From the IMG/VR virus record IMGVR_UViG_3300037462_000020, positions 1 through 53,687 of that record: DNA of 53,687 nt. The stretch is one strand, 5' to 3'. The notes under the pieces were generated by a model. It did not search any database, had not been told where the DNA came from, and worked only from the letters and a program-made list of their open reading frames with translations. Shown here in pieces: positions 28,301 through 35,931 of this stretch. Position 1 is the first letter of the stretch. Each line of letters opens with the position of its first letter. The position numbers were made by a program, and so were the translations under genes. The DNA comes from a virus. Its lineage: Duplodnaviria > Caudoviricetes.

Positions 28301-28511
28301 TCGTCTGTTCATCAACGGTATCATGGAAGCCAAGTCCACGACGCTGACTGGTGCAGTCGGCGGAACTGGTGCTGTTATCGTTGGTGGAAACCAAGCTGGT
28401 TCCAACGACCGTTGGCGCGGGCTTCTGGACGAGATTCGTATCACCAAGGGCGTGGGTCGCTATAACTCCGACAGTGCCTTCACTCCGCAACCATTCTATT
28501 CGAGGTCGTGA
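25365..28511 (+). CDS. central tail/host-specificity protein with C-terminal LamG/ConA-like domain
   Basis: P.A.E..PIP.V.G, PAY.G and MNPAE.IY motifs; FGTGDFTIEGW...G.LDEIRITKGV.RY C-terminus. Confidence 0.88.
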   Translation: MIWFTLALFVVSFLLTALLAPKPQFENARPDQLNPDSFPRATENAPIPLVLGKVRMEAPNTIWYGHFESRPITERIRVSLFKKKTVTVGHTYYLGLNLALAMGPRTALREIYCDDKLLWSGSTNLTTPTSFSIDQPTFFGGHKEGGGFASSCTYYPGALDLTGNPIDSYLVSQLGAGNVPAYLGTAHIVFNQAYIGETAGLRKMAFVLENYSNALGLPNNGKIGDDMNPAEAIYQIMTDTWRGMGLDPAIINVPQLQAIGTTLFNEGNGCSVLVTAESNGTQLIQEIFRQIDAIAYQDPDNGQINFILIRDDYDPDTLPVYDELDVLKVVNFSRSGWDEVVAQVKVTFPQRDRESDAVAISQDMATVAMIGRLRSTTISMPFVYDKTLAANIASRERAQLSVPLFRITLEMNRNAYGLRPGSVFKLDWPEYGFSGLVLRVQEFDLGSLLDGKIIVKCLQDSFSLATTVFAPPPDSAWVAPVTDPMPIVNSVVIEMPKFFAQQIEYPIDDGRVGYIPLAAKPGAASNAFDFAAGEVTGVLDSRDPEYAQYVGSGVLTAVYLNTAGIENGFDSTGTIQVNGANGSIFSGSPLATIRDGDGGLLWINGEWLGFTTAVDLGGGAWNLSGIYRGLFGTRPLTHNIGTRVYQVSTDFLPSGVIELAEGATLFFKFLDRAGRKAQELSQVSQSTIVLNGNVQNRPLRPSFLQLAGQRTGISINDFVAKSLTWRPRNRLVTQAAIEDDAAQTPDIAETYDVDVMVNGVRNSTLSGVSVTSPYVVPFNLTNINQLNCEFRVFARRTAGDSRVSATYAWLPFEMNQTYSPPADPHIASVVLLIGAEGADGSTTIIDESPVGRTLTANGACAIETTGALQQTSSLAVNQANEGTGFLNAGASSDFNFGTGDFTIEGWAKSNFNDAIFFHSIIGNFTGTDTGSWSVFVTDDPTNNINFTVDQASGSFDLSGTTDLGTGIFHFAVSRNGTTVRLFINGIMEAKSTTLTGAVGGTGAVIVGGNQAGSNDRWRGLLDEIRITKGVGRYNSDSAFTPQPFYSRS

Positions 28512-28747
28512 TGGACGCAGAAGAAAGAGAAGCGCGGTTTCACAATCGCAGACGAATCGCCAAGCACAGCTTTCTTCTGATGTCTGGCACTCTCCTTGGG
28601 CTGATGGCCTTCGCTCTTTCGAGTGACGCAGCAGCCCAAAGAGTGTCTCAGATTCAGTGGTTGGTCGGCATCGCCGCGAGCCTGTGGTCAACATTGGTTC
28701 TCGGCTATTATGCCGCAGCAAGCTATGAACAAGGCCGCGCCCAATAG
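28511..28747 (+). CDS. putative holin (two transmembrane helices)
   Basis: RRR followed by two hydrophobic helices; first gene of the lysis block. Confidence 0.6.
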   Translation: MDAEEREARFHNRRRIAKHSFLLMSGTLLGLMAFALSSDAAAQRVSQIQWLVGIAASLWSTLVLGYYAAASYEQGRAQ

Positions 28748-28890
28748 GCGGGCCGCTGGTGGCCCTTGGCCGCTGGCCGCACCCTACCCCCTGCCGGGGG
28801 CCTTTGCCGCGCTGGCGGGGCCGCTGGCGCGGGGCTGGTGGCCAATGGCACAGGCCAGCCGCCACCAACACGTCTACAGGTGTCCAAAGG
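28728..28890 (+). repeat. GA/TC-free conserved element, copy A
   Basis: No GA/TC at 28728-28873; ACCCTACC at 28781; GCCACCAACA-N5-ACAG-N2-GTCCA at 28861. Confidence 0.85.
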
Positions 28891-28900
28891 AGGTAGTCTG

Positions 28901-29242
28901 ATGCTCCCGTGGGTTGTGCTGCGACGGTTTTTGCCGTATATCATCGGTATCATCGTGATCCTCGGCATGGGCTACTGGATCTATACCTCTGGATATCGTT
29001 CTGGCGTTGATGTCACCGTCCGAATGTATGAGCAGAGGATTCAGGAAGAACGTGAGCGACTGCTCGCCGCCAATCAGGCAGCACAAGAAGCCGCAAGGAA
29101 GAAAGAAGCGGAACTTCAACGCCTGCTGAGTGAGAGAAATGACACGATTCGGGTTCTCATGCAAGAAGCGTTCAACGATCCCAATGCTGGCAATGTCGCT
29201 ATCGGTGCTGACAGCGTGCGGCGAATCGATCGGATCCGTTGA
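28901..29242 (+). CDS. inner-membrane spanin (Rz-like)
   Basis: RBS AAGGAGG, N-terminal transmembrane helix, coiled coil, overlapped by a lipoprotein gene. Confidence 0.8.
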   Translation: MLPWVVLRRFLPYIIGIIVILGMGYWIYTSGYRSGVDVTVRMYEQRIQEERERLLAANQAAQEAARKKEAELQRLLSERNDTIRVLMQEAFNDPNAGNVAIGADSVRRIDRIR

Positions 29243-29444
29243 GCCTCCTGTTCTGACGGAAGCACCGTCTGAGTTCACACGGCCTTGCTCTCGGCCCGTG
29301 AAACTGCCCGAACGGCCTCTGACTCAGCTTGAAGTTGAAAGCAACTGGATCGAAGATCGCGGTCGGTTGATTTCTTGTGCAGAACGTCATGGCGCTGTGG
29401 TCGAGTTTTATCAAGATCGTGATAGCAGGATCATGGCGAAATGA
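29139..29444 (+). CDS. outer-membrane spanin lipoprotein (Rz1-like)
   Basis: Lipobox VLTAC, Pro-rich body, overlaps the end of Rz; start is 29139 or 29184. Confidence 0.8.
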   Translation: MTRFGFSCKKRSTIPMLAMSLSVLTACGESIGSVEPPVLTEAPSEFTRPCSRPVKLPERPLTQLEVESNWIEDRGRLISCAERHGAVVEFYQDRDSRIMAK

Positions 29445-29647
29445 ACGAAGAGCAACGCATCAAAGAACTCGAGCAGGAGTTGGTGGATCTCAGAAATGAG
29501 TTCCACAATTATGTTGACCAGAAACGGAAGGAAGAGTCGCAGCGTCTGAGAACGGCCCTCATGGCCGCTGGTGGCATCATTCTCGCCTTGGGCTCCTTCA
29601 TCTGGGTTGAGATCATCTGGCCGGTCATCAAGGCTGGTAGGCCATGA
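29441..29647 (+). CDS. small membrane protein (coiled coil plus C-terminal transmembrane helix)
   Basis: ATGA coupling within the lysis block. Confidence 0.7.
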   Translation: MNEEQRIKELEQELVDLRNEFHNYVDQKRKEESQRLRTALMAAGGIILALGSFIWVEIIWPVIKAGRP

Positions 29648-29802
29648 ATGAACTCATGAAGAGGATACTTCGATACTCGATCTATTCGATCTTCGCGATG
29701 CTTCTGGTTATCGCTCTGTATCTTGCTCCGAAGATCCAATTCTTGAGTCAACTTTACAACTGCGCTTCCAGTATGGAATGCGTTCTCAGAAAAGGAGACT
29801 GA
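29644..29802 (+). CDS. small membrane protein (52 aa)
   Basis: ATGA coupling, one transmembrane helix; below the ORF-track cutoff. Confidence 0.55.
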   Translation: MNELMKRILRYSIYSIFAMLLVIALYLAPKIQFLSQLYNCASSMECVLRKGD

Positions 29803-29803
29803 C

Positions 29804-30319
29804 GTGTCGAAGATCATCGGTGTGACATGGCACTGGACGGCTGGAGCCGACGGTGTCAACGATGTCGAGAAAGATGCCTACAACTTCATCTGCTCTCGGC
29901 AAGGATTCACTGTTCCTGGCGACTTTCCGCCGGAAGCGCAGACTCCGGCCAATATCAAGCGCGGATCGAACTTCTACGCGGCTCACACTCTGAACGCGAA
30001 CAGCTACCGAATCGGTTACGCCGCCGACGCGATGGCTGGTGCCCAAGAGAGGCCGCTCAATTGGGGATCTGCTCCTCTGACAGAGGTGCAGATTCGTGAA
30101 ATGATGAAGTTCACCGCTGGTCTCGTTCGCGTCTACAAGCTGACTGTCAGCCGCCAGACTCTTCTGTCTCATGCCGAAGTCGAGCGGACGCTCGGTATCA
30201 AGCAGAGGGCGAAGTGGGATATCACCTGTCTGCCGGGAGATGTGCGTGTTCGCGACGCAATCGAAGTGGGAGATATTCTGAGGGACATGGTTGTGAAAGC
30301 CATGACAGGGCGGCTCTAG
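29804..30319 (+). CDS. endolysin, N-acetylmuramoyl-L-alanine amidase-like
   Basis: HWTAG, AHT..AN...IG and HAEV...K.DI motifs; RBS AAGGAG, GTG start. Confidence 0.85.
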   Translation: MSKIIGVTWHWTAGADGVNDVEKDAYNFICSRQGFTVPGDFPPEAQTPANIKRGSNFYAAHTLNANSYRIGYAADAMAGAQERPLNWGSAPLTEVQIREMMKFTAGLVRVYKLTVSRQTLLSHAEVERTLGIKQRAKWDITCLPGDVRVRDAIEVGDILRDMVVKAMTGRL

Positions 30320-30564
30320 GTTGAGTCAAGTAGAGTCACCCGCGCCTCGTAACCCATTGTTTTTGCTGTGGTGGCTTTACATGCAGCACTTACACAGGCA
30401 CGGCGCGGTTGCTAGGCCCACAGGGTGCAGCGAAGCAAAAGGTGCACGGCGGGTTTAGTTATGTTTGTCCTGTAAGTTAAGTAAAGAGAAAGAAAAGTAA
30501 GTGTTTACAGGGCTTTAGGTATGGCTTAACTTGGCAGGCATAACTTATCAAAGTAGAGCATGTT

Positions 30565-31101
30565 ATGCCATCAGAGAAAGAAATCATCGAGGAGTTTCTG
30601 GAATATGTTCCTTCTCTTGGGCTGTTCTGGAAGAAAAATCGTCCTCCCGCCAAGAAAGGTCAGAAGGTATTCGGCAGAGCGCAACTCAGAATATGTGGAA
30701 AGAGAATCTACAATCATCACATAGTCTGGTTCATTCATCACGGATACTTTCCATCTGATAAAGGAATCTGGATAGATCATGCTGACGGAAATCCAGATAA
30801 TAACACGATAGAAAACCTTAGGATAGTCACCCCAGAACAAAATAACATGAATCGGGGTCCAAGGAGAAACAGAGAACTTCCTAAAGGCGTCTACGAAAGA
30901 CAAGGAAAGTATGATTCTAGAATTCAGTGGAAAGGGCAGGTCATCTTTCTTGGGTTGTTCGATACAGTTAGTGAAGCTGAAGCAGCATACCAAGGAGCGT
31001 CAAGAGTTCTTCAAAGAGAATTCTCTTTCTACAACAGAGATGGCTTGTCATTAGAAGCTGTGCCTGTTAAGATTATCACAGAAAAGGAGCAACAAGAATG
31101 A
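30565..31101 (+). CDS. HNH homing endonuclease with AP2-like domain
   Basis: IDH.DGNP.NN.IENLR..T..QN..N and LPKGV...LG.FDT..EA..AY motifs; AT-richer than flanks. Confidence 0.9.
   Translation: MPSEKEIIEEFLEYVPSLGLFWKKNRPPAKKGQKVFGRAQLRICGKRIYNHHIVWFIHHGYFPSDKGIWIDHADGNPDNNTIENLRIVTPEQNNMNRGPRRNRELPKGVYERQGKYDSRIQWKGQVIFLGLFDTVSEAEAAYQGASRVLQREFSFYNRDGLSLEAVPVKIITEKEQQE
31045..31073 (+). promoter_or_regulatory. sigma70-type promoter
   Basis: TTGTCA-17-TAAGAT upstream of the helicase. Confidence 0.7.
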
Positions 31102-32567
31102 AGATAGAAGAATTCCCTCATACGATCAAACCGTTCGAACATCAGATCAATCACCTCAAGAACTATGTTGAACGGAAAGCGTGGGGCCTGCTATGGGAGC
31201 AGGGAACCGCGAAGACCAAGCCTATCATTGAGACTGCCGCCTATCTGTTCGCGAACGGCAAGATCAATGGGCTTCTCGTTGTCGCTCCTCCAGGAGTCGA
31301 GCGCAACTGGAACACAGACGAGATTCCCAAGCATCTTCCTTCTGAATTCGCCCTCGACACGATGGTGCAGGTGTTCAGCACCGCGCGCAAGGCGACACAG
31401 GCGCACAAGCGAGCGATGAACGCACTTCTCCGTCATGACGGTCTCGCCATTCTCCTCATCAGCTACAACGCTTTCATGACTAAGGAAGGCAAGAAGCTGG
31501 TCTGGGACTTTCTCAAGAAGCGCCGCTGCCTCTACGTTCTGGACGAAGCGCACAACATCAAGTCACCCGGAGCCAAGCGCACTCTGTCGATCAATGCTTC
31601 GTCGAAGTATGCTCCGTATCGTCGCATCCTGACCGGCACTCCCATCGCTGTCGGGCCTTTCGATCTGTATTCGCAGATCAAGTTCCTGGACGAGTGGTTC
31701 TGGAAGAACAAGGGTATTCATGGCGCAGTCGAGTTCCGAAACTATTTCGGTCTCTGGTTCACTCGCGCTGAACACCAGAAGCAGTTCGGCTGGGATCCCG
31801 GTTACGACAAGCTGCTCGAGTATCAGAACCTCGACAAGCTGACTGAGTGGTTGGCAGAGATCAGCGATCGCGTTCTGAAAAACAACGTTCTCGATCTGCC
31901 GCCGAAACTCTACACGAAGCGTTACTTCGACATGTCGCCTGCACAGAAAGCGGCATACAACGAACTTCGCGAAGAACTCATGCTGGAGATCGGTGATCAC
32001 CTGATCACGGCAGAACTTCCCATCGTCAAGCTGCTGCGTCTCCAACAGATCGCCTGCAACTATGTTCCTGTCGCCGAGGATGAGCCTGTTCACATGTTTG
32101 GTAACAGCAATCCTCGCCTTGGAATCATGGAGGACATTCGTGATGCGACGTTTACTCCTGGGATTGTCTGGGCTCGTTTCCGCCATGACGTCGATCAGAT
32201 CATGGACCTTCTCGGACGCGATGCCGTCCGTTACGACGGATCTGTGGACGACGATGAGGCTGAACGAAATAAGCTGGCGTTTCAGAGAGGTGACGCCAAG
32301 TGGTTCGTCGGAACAGCCCAGAAGGGCGGACCGGGACTGACGCTCACTCAGGCGAAGGTGATGGTCTATTACTCGAACAGCTTCCGTCTGGTGGATCGCC
32401 TCCAGTCCGAGGACCGCTGCCACCGTGCGGGCATGGACGAGCATCCGGTCACATACATCGATATTGTGGCCAACCAGACTGTCGATGAGAAAATCGTCGA
32501 AAATCTGCGAAACAAGAGAGACATCGCTCAGTTGATTCAGGGCGATGAATGGAAGGAGTGGATCTGA
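31098..32567 (+). CDS. SNF2-family (SF2) helicase
   Basis: EQGTAKT, LDEAH.IK, LTGTP, GLTL..A and QSEDRCHR.G motifs. Confidence 0.92.
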   Translation: MKIEEFPHTIKPFEHQINHLKNYVERKAWGLLWEQGTAKTKPIIETAAYLFANGKINGLLVVAPPGVERNWNTDEIPKHLPSEFALDTMVQVFSTARKATQAHKRAMNALLRHDGLAILLISYNAFMTKEGKKLVWDFLKKRRCLYVLDEAHNIKSPGAKRTLSINASSKYAPYRRILTGTPIAVGPFDLYSQIKFLDEWFWKNKGIHGAVEFRNYFGLWFTRAEHQKQFGWDPGYDKLLEYQNLDKLTEWLAEISDRVLKNNVLDLPPKLYTKRYFDMSPAQKAAYNELREELMLEIGDHLITAELPIVKLLRLQQIACNYVPVAEDEPVHMFGNSNPRLGIMEDIRDATFTPGIVWARFRHDVDQIMDLLGRDAVRYDGSVDDDEAERNKLAFQRGDAKWFVGTAQKGGPGLTLTQAKVMVYYSNSFRLVDRLQSEDRCHRAGMDEHPVTYIDIVANQTVDEKIVENLRNKRDIAQLIQGDEWKEWI

Positions 32568-32905
32568 TGACCGTGTTCGTCGTTCAGCAGCAAATGCGGT
32601 TCGACCAGATTCGCAAGGAGTTGGTTCCCCGCTTCACGTCTATCAACAAGGCGTTGAAGTGGGGAAACATCGAGTTCATTCTGTCGCCCTCAGCCCACCC
32701 GTTCAATCCTGATACTGTTCTCGGAGATATCCACGAGAAGCTGTCTGGGTTCAGGGATGATGATCATCTTCTTCTCATCGGCAATCCGGCTCTGATCGGC
32801 ATGGTCACGGCTATCGCGGCTCACTACAACAATGGAACTGTGAAGTTCCTGCAATGGAGCGGACGTCACGGTGAATACACTGAGATTGTTGCGAAGATAT
32901 ATTGA
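32567..32905 (+). CDS. hypothetical protein
   Basis: TGATG coupling; D.LLLIG.P motif. Confidence 0.75.
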   Translation: MTVFVVQQQMRFDQIRKELVPRFTSINKALKWGNIEFILSPSAHPFNPDTVLGDIHEKLSGFRDDDHLLLIGNPALIGMVTAIAAHYNNGTVKFLQWSGRHGEYTEIVAKIY

Positions 32906-32907
32906 AC

Positions 32908-32936
32908 TTGTCTTTTGCTGCCTGCCAAGGTAAGGT
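32908..32936 (+). promoter_or_regulatory. sigma70-type promoter
   Basis: TTGTCT-17-TAAGGT. Confidence 0.65.
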
Positions 32937-32967
32937 GAACGGGTAGGACATAACCAAGGAACTTGCC

Positions 32968-33516
32968 ATGGACGACCCGTATGCCGATTTCAAGGCAAAT
33001 GAAGGCGACAACATCAAGACAGTTCTTCGCGCCCTTGCAGATGAACTTGTCGTTGCGATGGCAGAGGTCGAGCGAATTCAGGCAGAACTTGAAGTCGCCA
33101 AGAACGTGGTCAAGGATCTGACCGAGAATCGCATTCCCGCCGTTGCTGAGGGCCTCGAGGGCAAGTTCGACCTCGGCGATGGCCGGACGCTCACCATCAA
33201 GGAAGAGATCCGCGCCTCGGTCGCTGGTGACAAGCTGGCACCCGCCGTCGAGTGGCTGGATGCTCATGACTACGGCGGTCTGGTCAAGCGCAACCTCACG
33301 TTCGAGTTCGGCAAGGACGATGACGAACGTGTCAAGAAGTTCAAGGAAGCGGTGGAACCGATCCTCAAGGCCCAGAAGCTGGTCCTCAAGGAGAAACACG
33401 CGATTCACCCTGCCACCCTCGTCGCTTGGGTCAAGGAACGCCTTGCCGAAGGAGATGCCCTTCCGGTCGAGACGTTTGGCATCTTCCGTCAACGCATCGC
33501 GAAAGTGAAGGAGTGA
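32968..33516 (+). CDS. hypothetical replication-module protein
   Basis: Coiled coil; WL...G.G.LVK and IHP.TL.AWVKE motifs. Confidence 0.8.
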   Translation: MDDPYADFKANEGDNIKTVLRALADELVVAMAEVERIQAELEVAKNVVKDLTENRIPAVAEGLEGKFDLGDGRTLTIKEEIRASVAGDKLAPAVEWLDAHDYGGLVKRNLTFEFGKDDDERVKKFKEAVEPILKAQKLVLKEKHAIHPATLVAWVKERLAEGDALPVETFGIFRQRIAKVKE

Positions 33517-33519
33517 GGC

Positions 33520-33642
33520 ATGTTCTGGTTCGCTGTCGGAGTTGTGGTCGGAGTGTTTCTGCCTGTCCACATCAACATCATGATCAAGGACACGATCAAG
33601 GCTGGCATCGGCTGGCTGACCTCGCTTGGTCGCAAGGAATAA
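33520..33642 (+). CDS. small membrane protein (40 aa)
   Basis: RBS GGAG; hydrophobic N-terminus. Confidence 0.5.
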   Translation: MFWFAVGVVVGVFLPVHINIMIKDTIKAGIGWLTSLGRKE

Positions 33643-33761
33643 CGCTCCCCGCTTGAGTGCGTTCTCAAGCGTTCGGTTCACGCGCCGGATTTAGGGAAGC
33701 GGAGTGCGGAGGTCCCTGCCGAGGTCTGAAGTGGGACAATCAACAGAAGAGAGAAAAGCAA

Positions 33762-34625
33762 ATGGCAAAGACAGACGTCGATACCGTGAAGAACACCGCA
33801 GTCGGTTCCTTCGACTATGGTGATATGGCACACGAAGGCTTCGAAGGCACGTCCATCAAGGACCTTTCGATTCCCTTCATCAACGTGCTGCAATCGCTTT
33901 CGCCTGAAGTCCAGGACGAGACCGTTGCTGGCGCGAAGGCTGGTGATCTGCTGAACTCCGTCACCAAGGAGATCCTCAAGCAGCCTCTGATCGTGATCCC
34001 GATCGAGAAGGAAGAGTCGTGGGTCGAGTGGGTTCCGCGGACGAAGGGCGGTGGCCTCGTTGGGCGTCATGATCCCAGCAGCGAACTGGTCCTGTCGGCG
34101 ATCAAGAACAACGGTGGATCGCGCATTCCGCCGAAAGATGCCGAGGGCAAGCGGATCGCCTTCAAGACTCCCGCTGGCAACGATCTGATCGAGACGCACT
34201 ACGTCTACTGTCTGATCATGGACGAAGAAGGCAAGAGCATCGAGAGCTACTGCGTTCTCAGCTTCTCGTCGGCCAAGATCAAGGCTTACAAGGACTGGAT
34301 GACCTCGCTCTATACCCAGAAGGGTCGGCCGCCGATCTTCGCCAACCGCGCCAAGATCAGCACGGTCAAGCAGAAGAACGAATCGGGCACCTTCTTCATC
34401 TACGGCGTGGCTCCGCTGAACGACACGTGGCGTGAGTCGCTGATTCCGCCGGACGCCGAGGGCATGAAGCTTCTGAAGGAAGCCCAGGAGTTCCGGAAGA
34501 TGATCCACGAGGGCCTCGCACGTCCTGACTATGACAGCGTGGCGACGAGTGGTTCTGATGCCGATCAGGCTGGACCTTCCACTGGCGGCGGTCGCGGCAA
34601 CAACGACGACGATCCGCCGTTCTGA
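33762..34625 (+). CDS. putative ssDNA-binding/annealing protein
   Basis: DL.IP...LQ.LSP motif; acidic tail DDDPPF; replication context. Confidence 0.65.
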   Translation: MAKTDVDTVKNTAVGSFDYGDMAHEGFEGTSIKDLSIPFINVLQSLSPEVQDETVAGAKAGDLLNSVTKEILKQPLIVIPIEKEESWVEWVPRTKGGGLVGRHDPSSELVLSAIKNNGGSRIPPKDAEGKRIAFKTPAGNDLIETHYVYCLIMDEEGKSIESYCVLSFSSAKIKAYKDWMTSLYTQKGRPPIFANRAKISTVKQKNESGTFFIYGVAPLNDTWRESLIPPDAEGMKLLKEAQEFRKMIHEGLARPDYDSVATSGSDADQAGPSTGGGRGNNDDDPPF

Positions 34626-34641
34626 GAACTGCACCATCAAC

Positions 34642-34672
34642 GCGGGCGGGAGGAAACTCCCGTCCGTTTTCT
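34642..34672 (+). terminator. intrinsic terminator
   Basis: GCGGGCGGGAG-GAAA-CTCCCGTCCGT then TTT. Confidence 0.75.
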
Positions 34673-34685
34673 CTTGGAGGTATGA

Positions 34686-35918
34686 ATGCAGTTCTCACCA
34701 GAGCAGGATGCTGCTCTACGAAAAGCGGACGACTGGTTTCGCAACGGCGACAAGCATGTGTTCCACTTCTTTGGGTATGCTGGCACAGGCAAGACGACGC
34801 TGGCCCGCCACCTCGCACAGAACATAGATGGCGACGTTCTGTTCGCCGCCTACACAGGCAAGGCCGCGCATGTGCTGAAGAGCAAAGGCTGCGAGAATGC
34901 CTCCACGATCCATTCGTTGATCTATCACAGTCGAGACAAGAGCCGCGCTCGCCTCAAGCATCTTGAGGAACAGCTTGAGATCCTTCTCAAGGAACTGATC
35001 GACGCTCGCATCGAAGACTTCGACAATCACCCGAAGGTTCGTGAACTCCGCAAGGAGATCAAGCATGAAATCGACAACGCCGAACAGCCGATGTTCATTC
35101 GCAACGATGACAGCATCGTGAAAGACGCCGAGTTGGTGATCATTGACGAATGCTCCATGGTTGACGCCAGAATGGGCGAAGACCTTCTCTCGTTCGGAAC
35201 TCCTGTTCTCGTCTTGGGCGATCCTGCTCAGTTGCCGCCCGTCGGTGGTGCTGGCTATTTCACCGAGGGTGTTCGACCAGATGTCATGTTGACCGAGATC
35301 CATCGTCAGGCCGAGGAAAGTCCGATCCTTCGGATGGCGACCAAGGTTCGCAACCAAGAATCTCTGGAACTCGGTGACTATGGACAGAATTGCAAGGTTC
35401 TACCCAAGGGACACAAGCTGGACCCAGAAGAGGTTCTGGCCTACGATCAAGTTCTCGTCGGCAAGAACGCAACGCGCCGATCCAGCAACAAGCGCATTCG
35501 TCAGCTGAAAGGTCATCATGACCTCTACCCTGTAATCGGTGACCGTTTGGTTTGCTTGAGGAACAATAGTGAGTTAGGCTTGCTGAACGGGGCGATCTTT
35601 CACGTTGCTGATGTCACTGGTGTAATGGACCAGAAGGTGTTCATGTCCATCACGCCTGAAGACAGCATCGTCTCGGTGGAGGTCGGCGCTCACGAACACT
35701 ACTTCCTCGGCAAAGAGGACGAGTTGAAGTGGTTCGAACGGCGCGAAGCACAGGAGTTTGACTACGGTTACGCGCTGACCGTTCATAAGTCCCAAGGTTC
35801 GCAATGGGACTCTGTCTGTCTTTTCGACGAATCATGGTGCTTCCGCAACGATCGTTGGCGGTGGCTCTATACAGGAATAACCCGCGCCGCTGACTCAGTC
35901 ACCGTCGTCCGCATGTAG
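34686..35918 (+). CDS. SF1B helicase (RecD/Dda-like)
   Basis: GYAGTGKTT, IDECSM, GDPAQLPPV, HRQA, TVHKSQGSQW and YTGITRA motifs. Confidence 0.93.
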   Translation: MQFSPEQDAALRKADDWFRNGDKHVFHFFGYAGTGKTTLARHLAQNIDGDVLFAAYTGKAAHVLKSKGCENASTIHSLIYHSRDKSRARLKHLEEQLEILLKELIDARIEDFDNHPKVRELRKEIKHEIDNAEQPMFIRNDDSIVKDAELVIIDECSMVDARMGEDLLSFGTPVLVLGDPAQLPPVGGAGYFTEGVRPDVMLTEIHRQAEESPILRMATKVRNQESLELGDYGQNCKVLPKGHKLDPEEVLAYDQVLVGKNATRRSSNKRIRQLKGHHDLYPVIGDRLVCLRNNSELGLLNGAIFHVADVTGVMDQKVFMSITPEDSIVSVEVGAHEHYFLGKEDELKWFERREAQEFDYGYALTVHKSQGSQWDSVCLFDESWCFRNDRWRWLYTGITRAADSVTVVRM

Positions 35919-35931
35919 AAGAGAGGAACCA

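Noticed and set aside
22847-28511. Gene transfer agent
   Set aside because: The tail-tip genes are GTA-like, but full replication, nucleotide metabolism and lysis modules indicate an autonomous phage.
33643-33740. tRNA gene
   Set aside because: The stems do not fit a cloverleaf and there is no T-loop consensus. No tRNA was recognised anywhere in the window.
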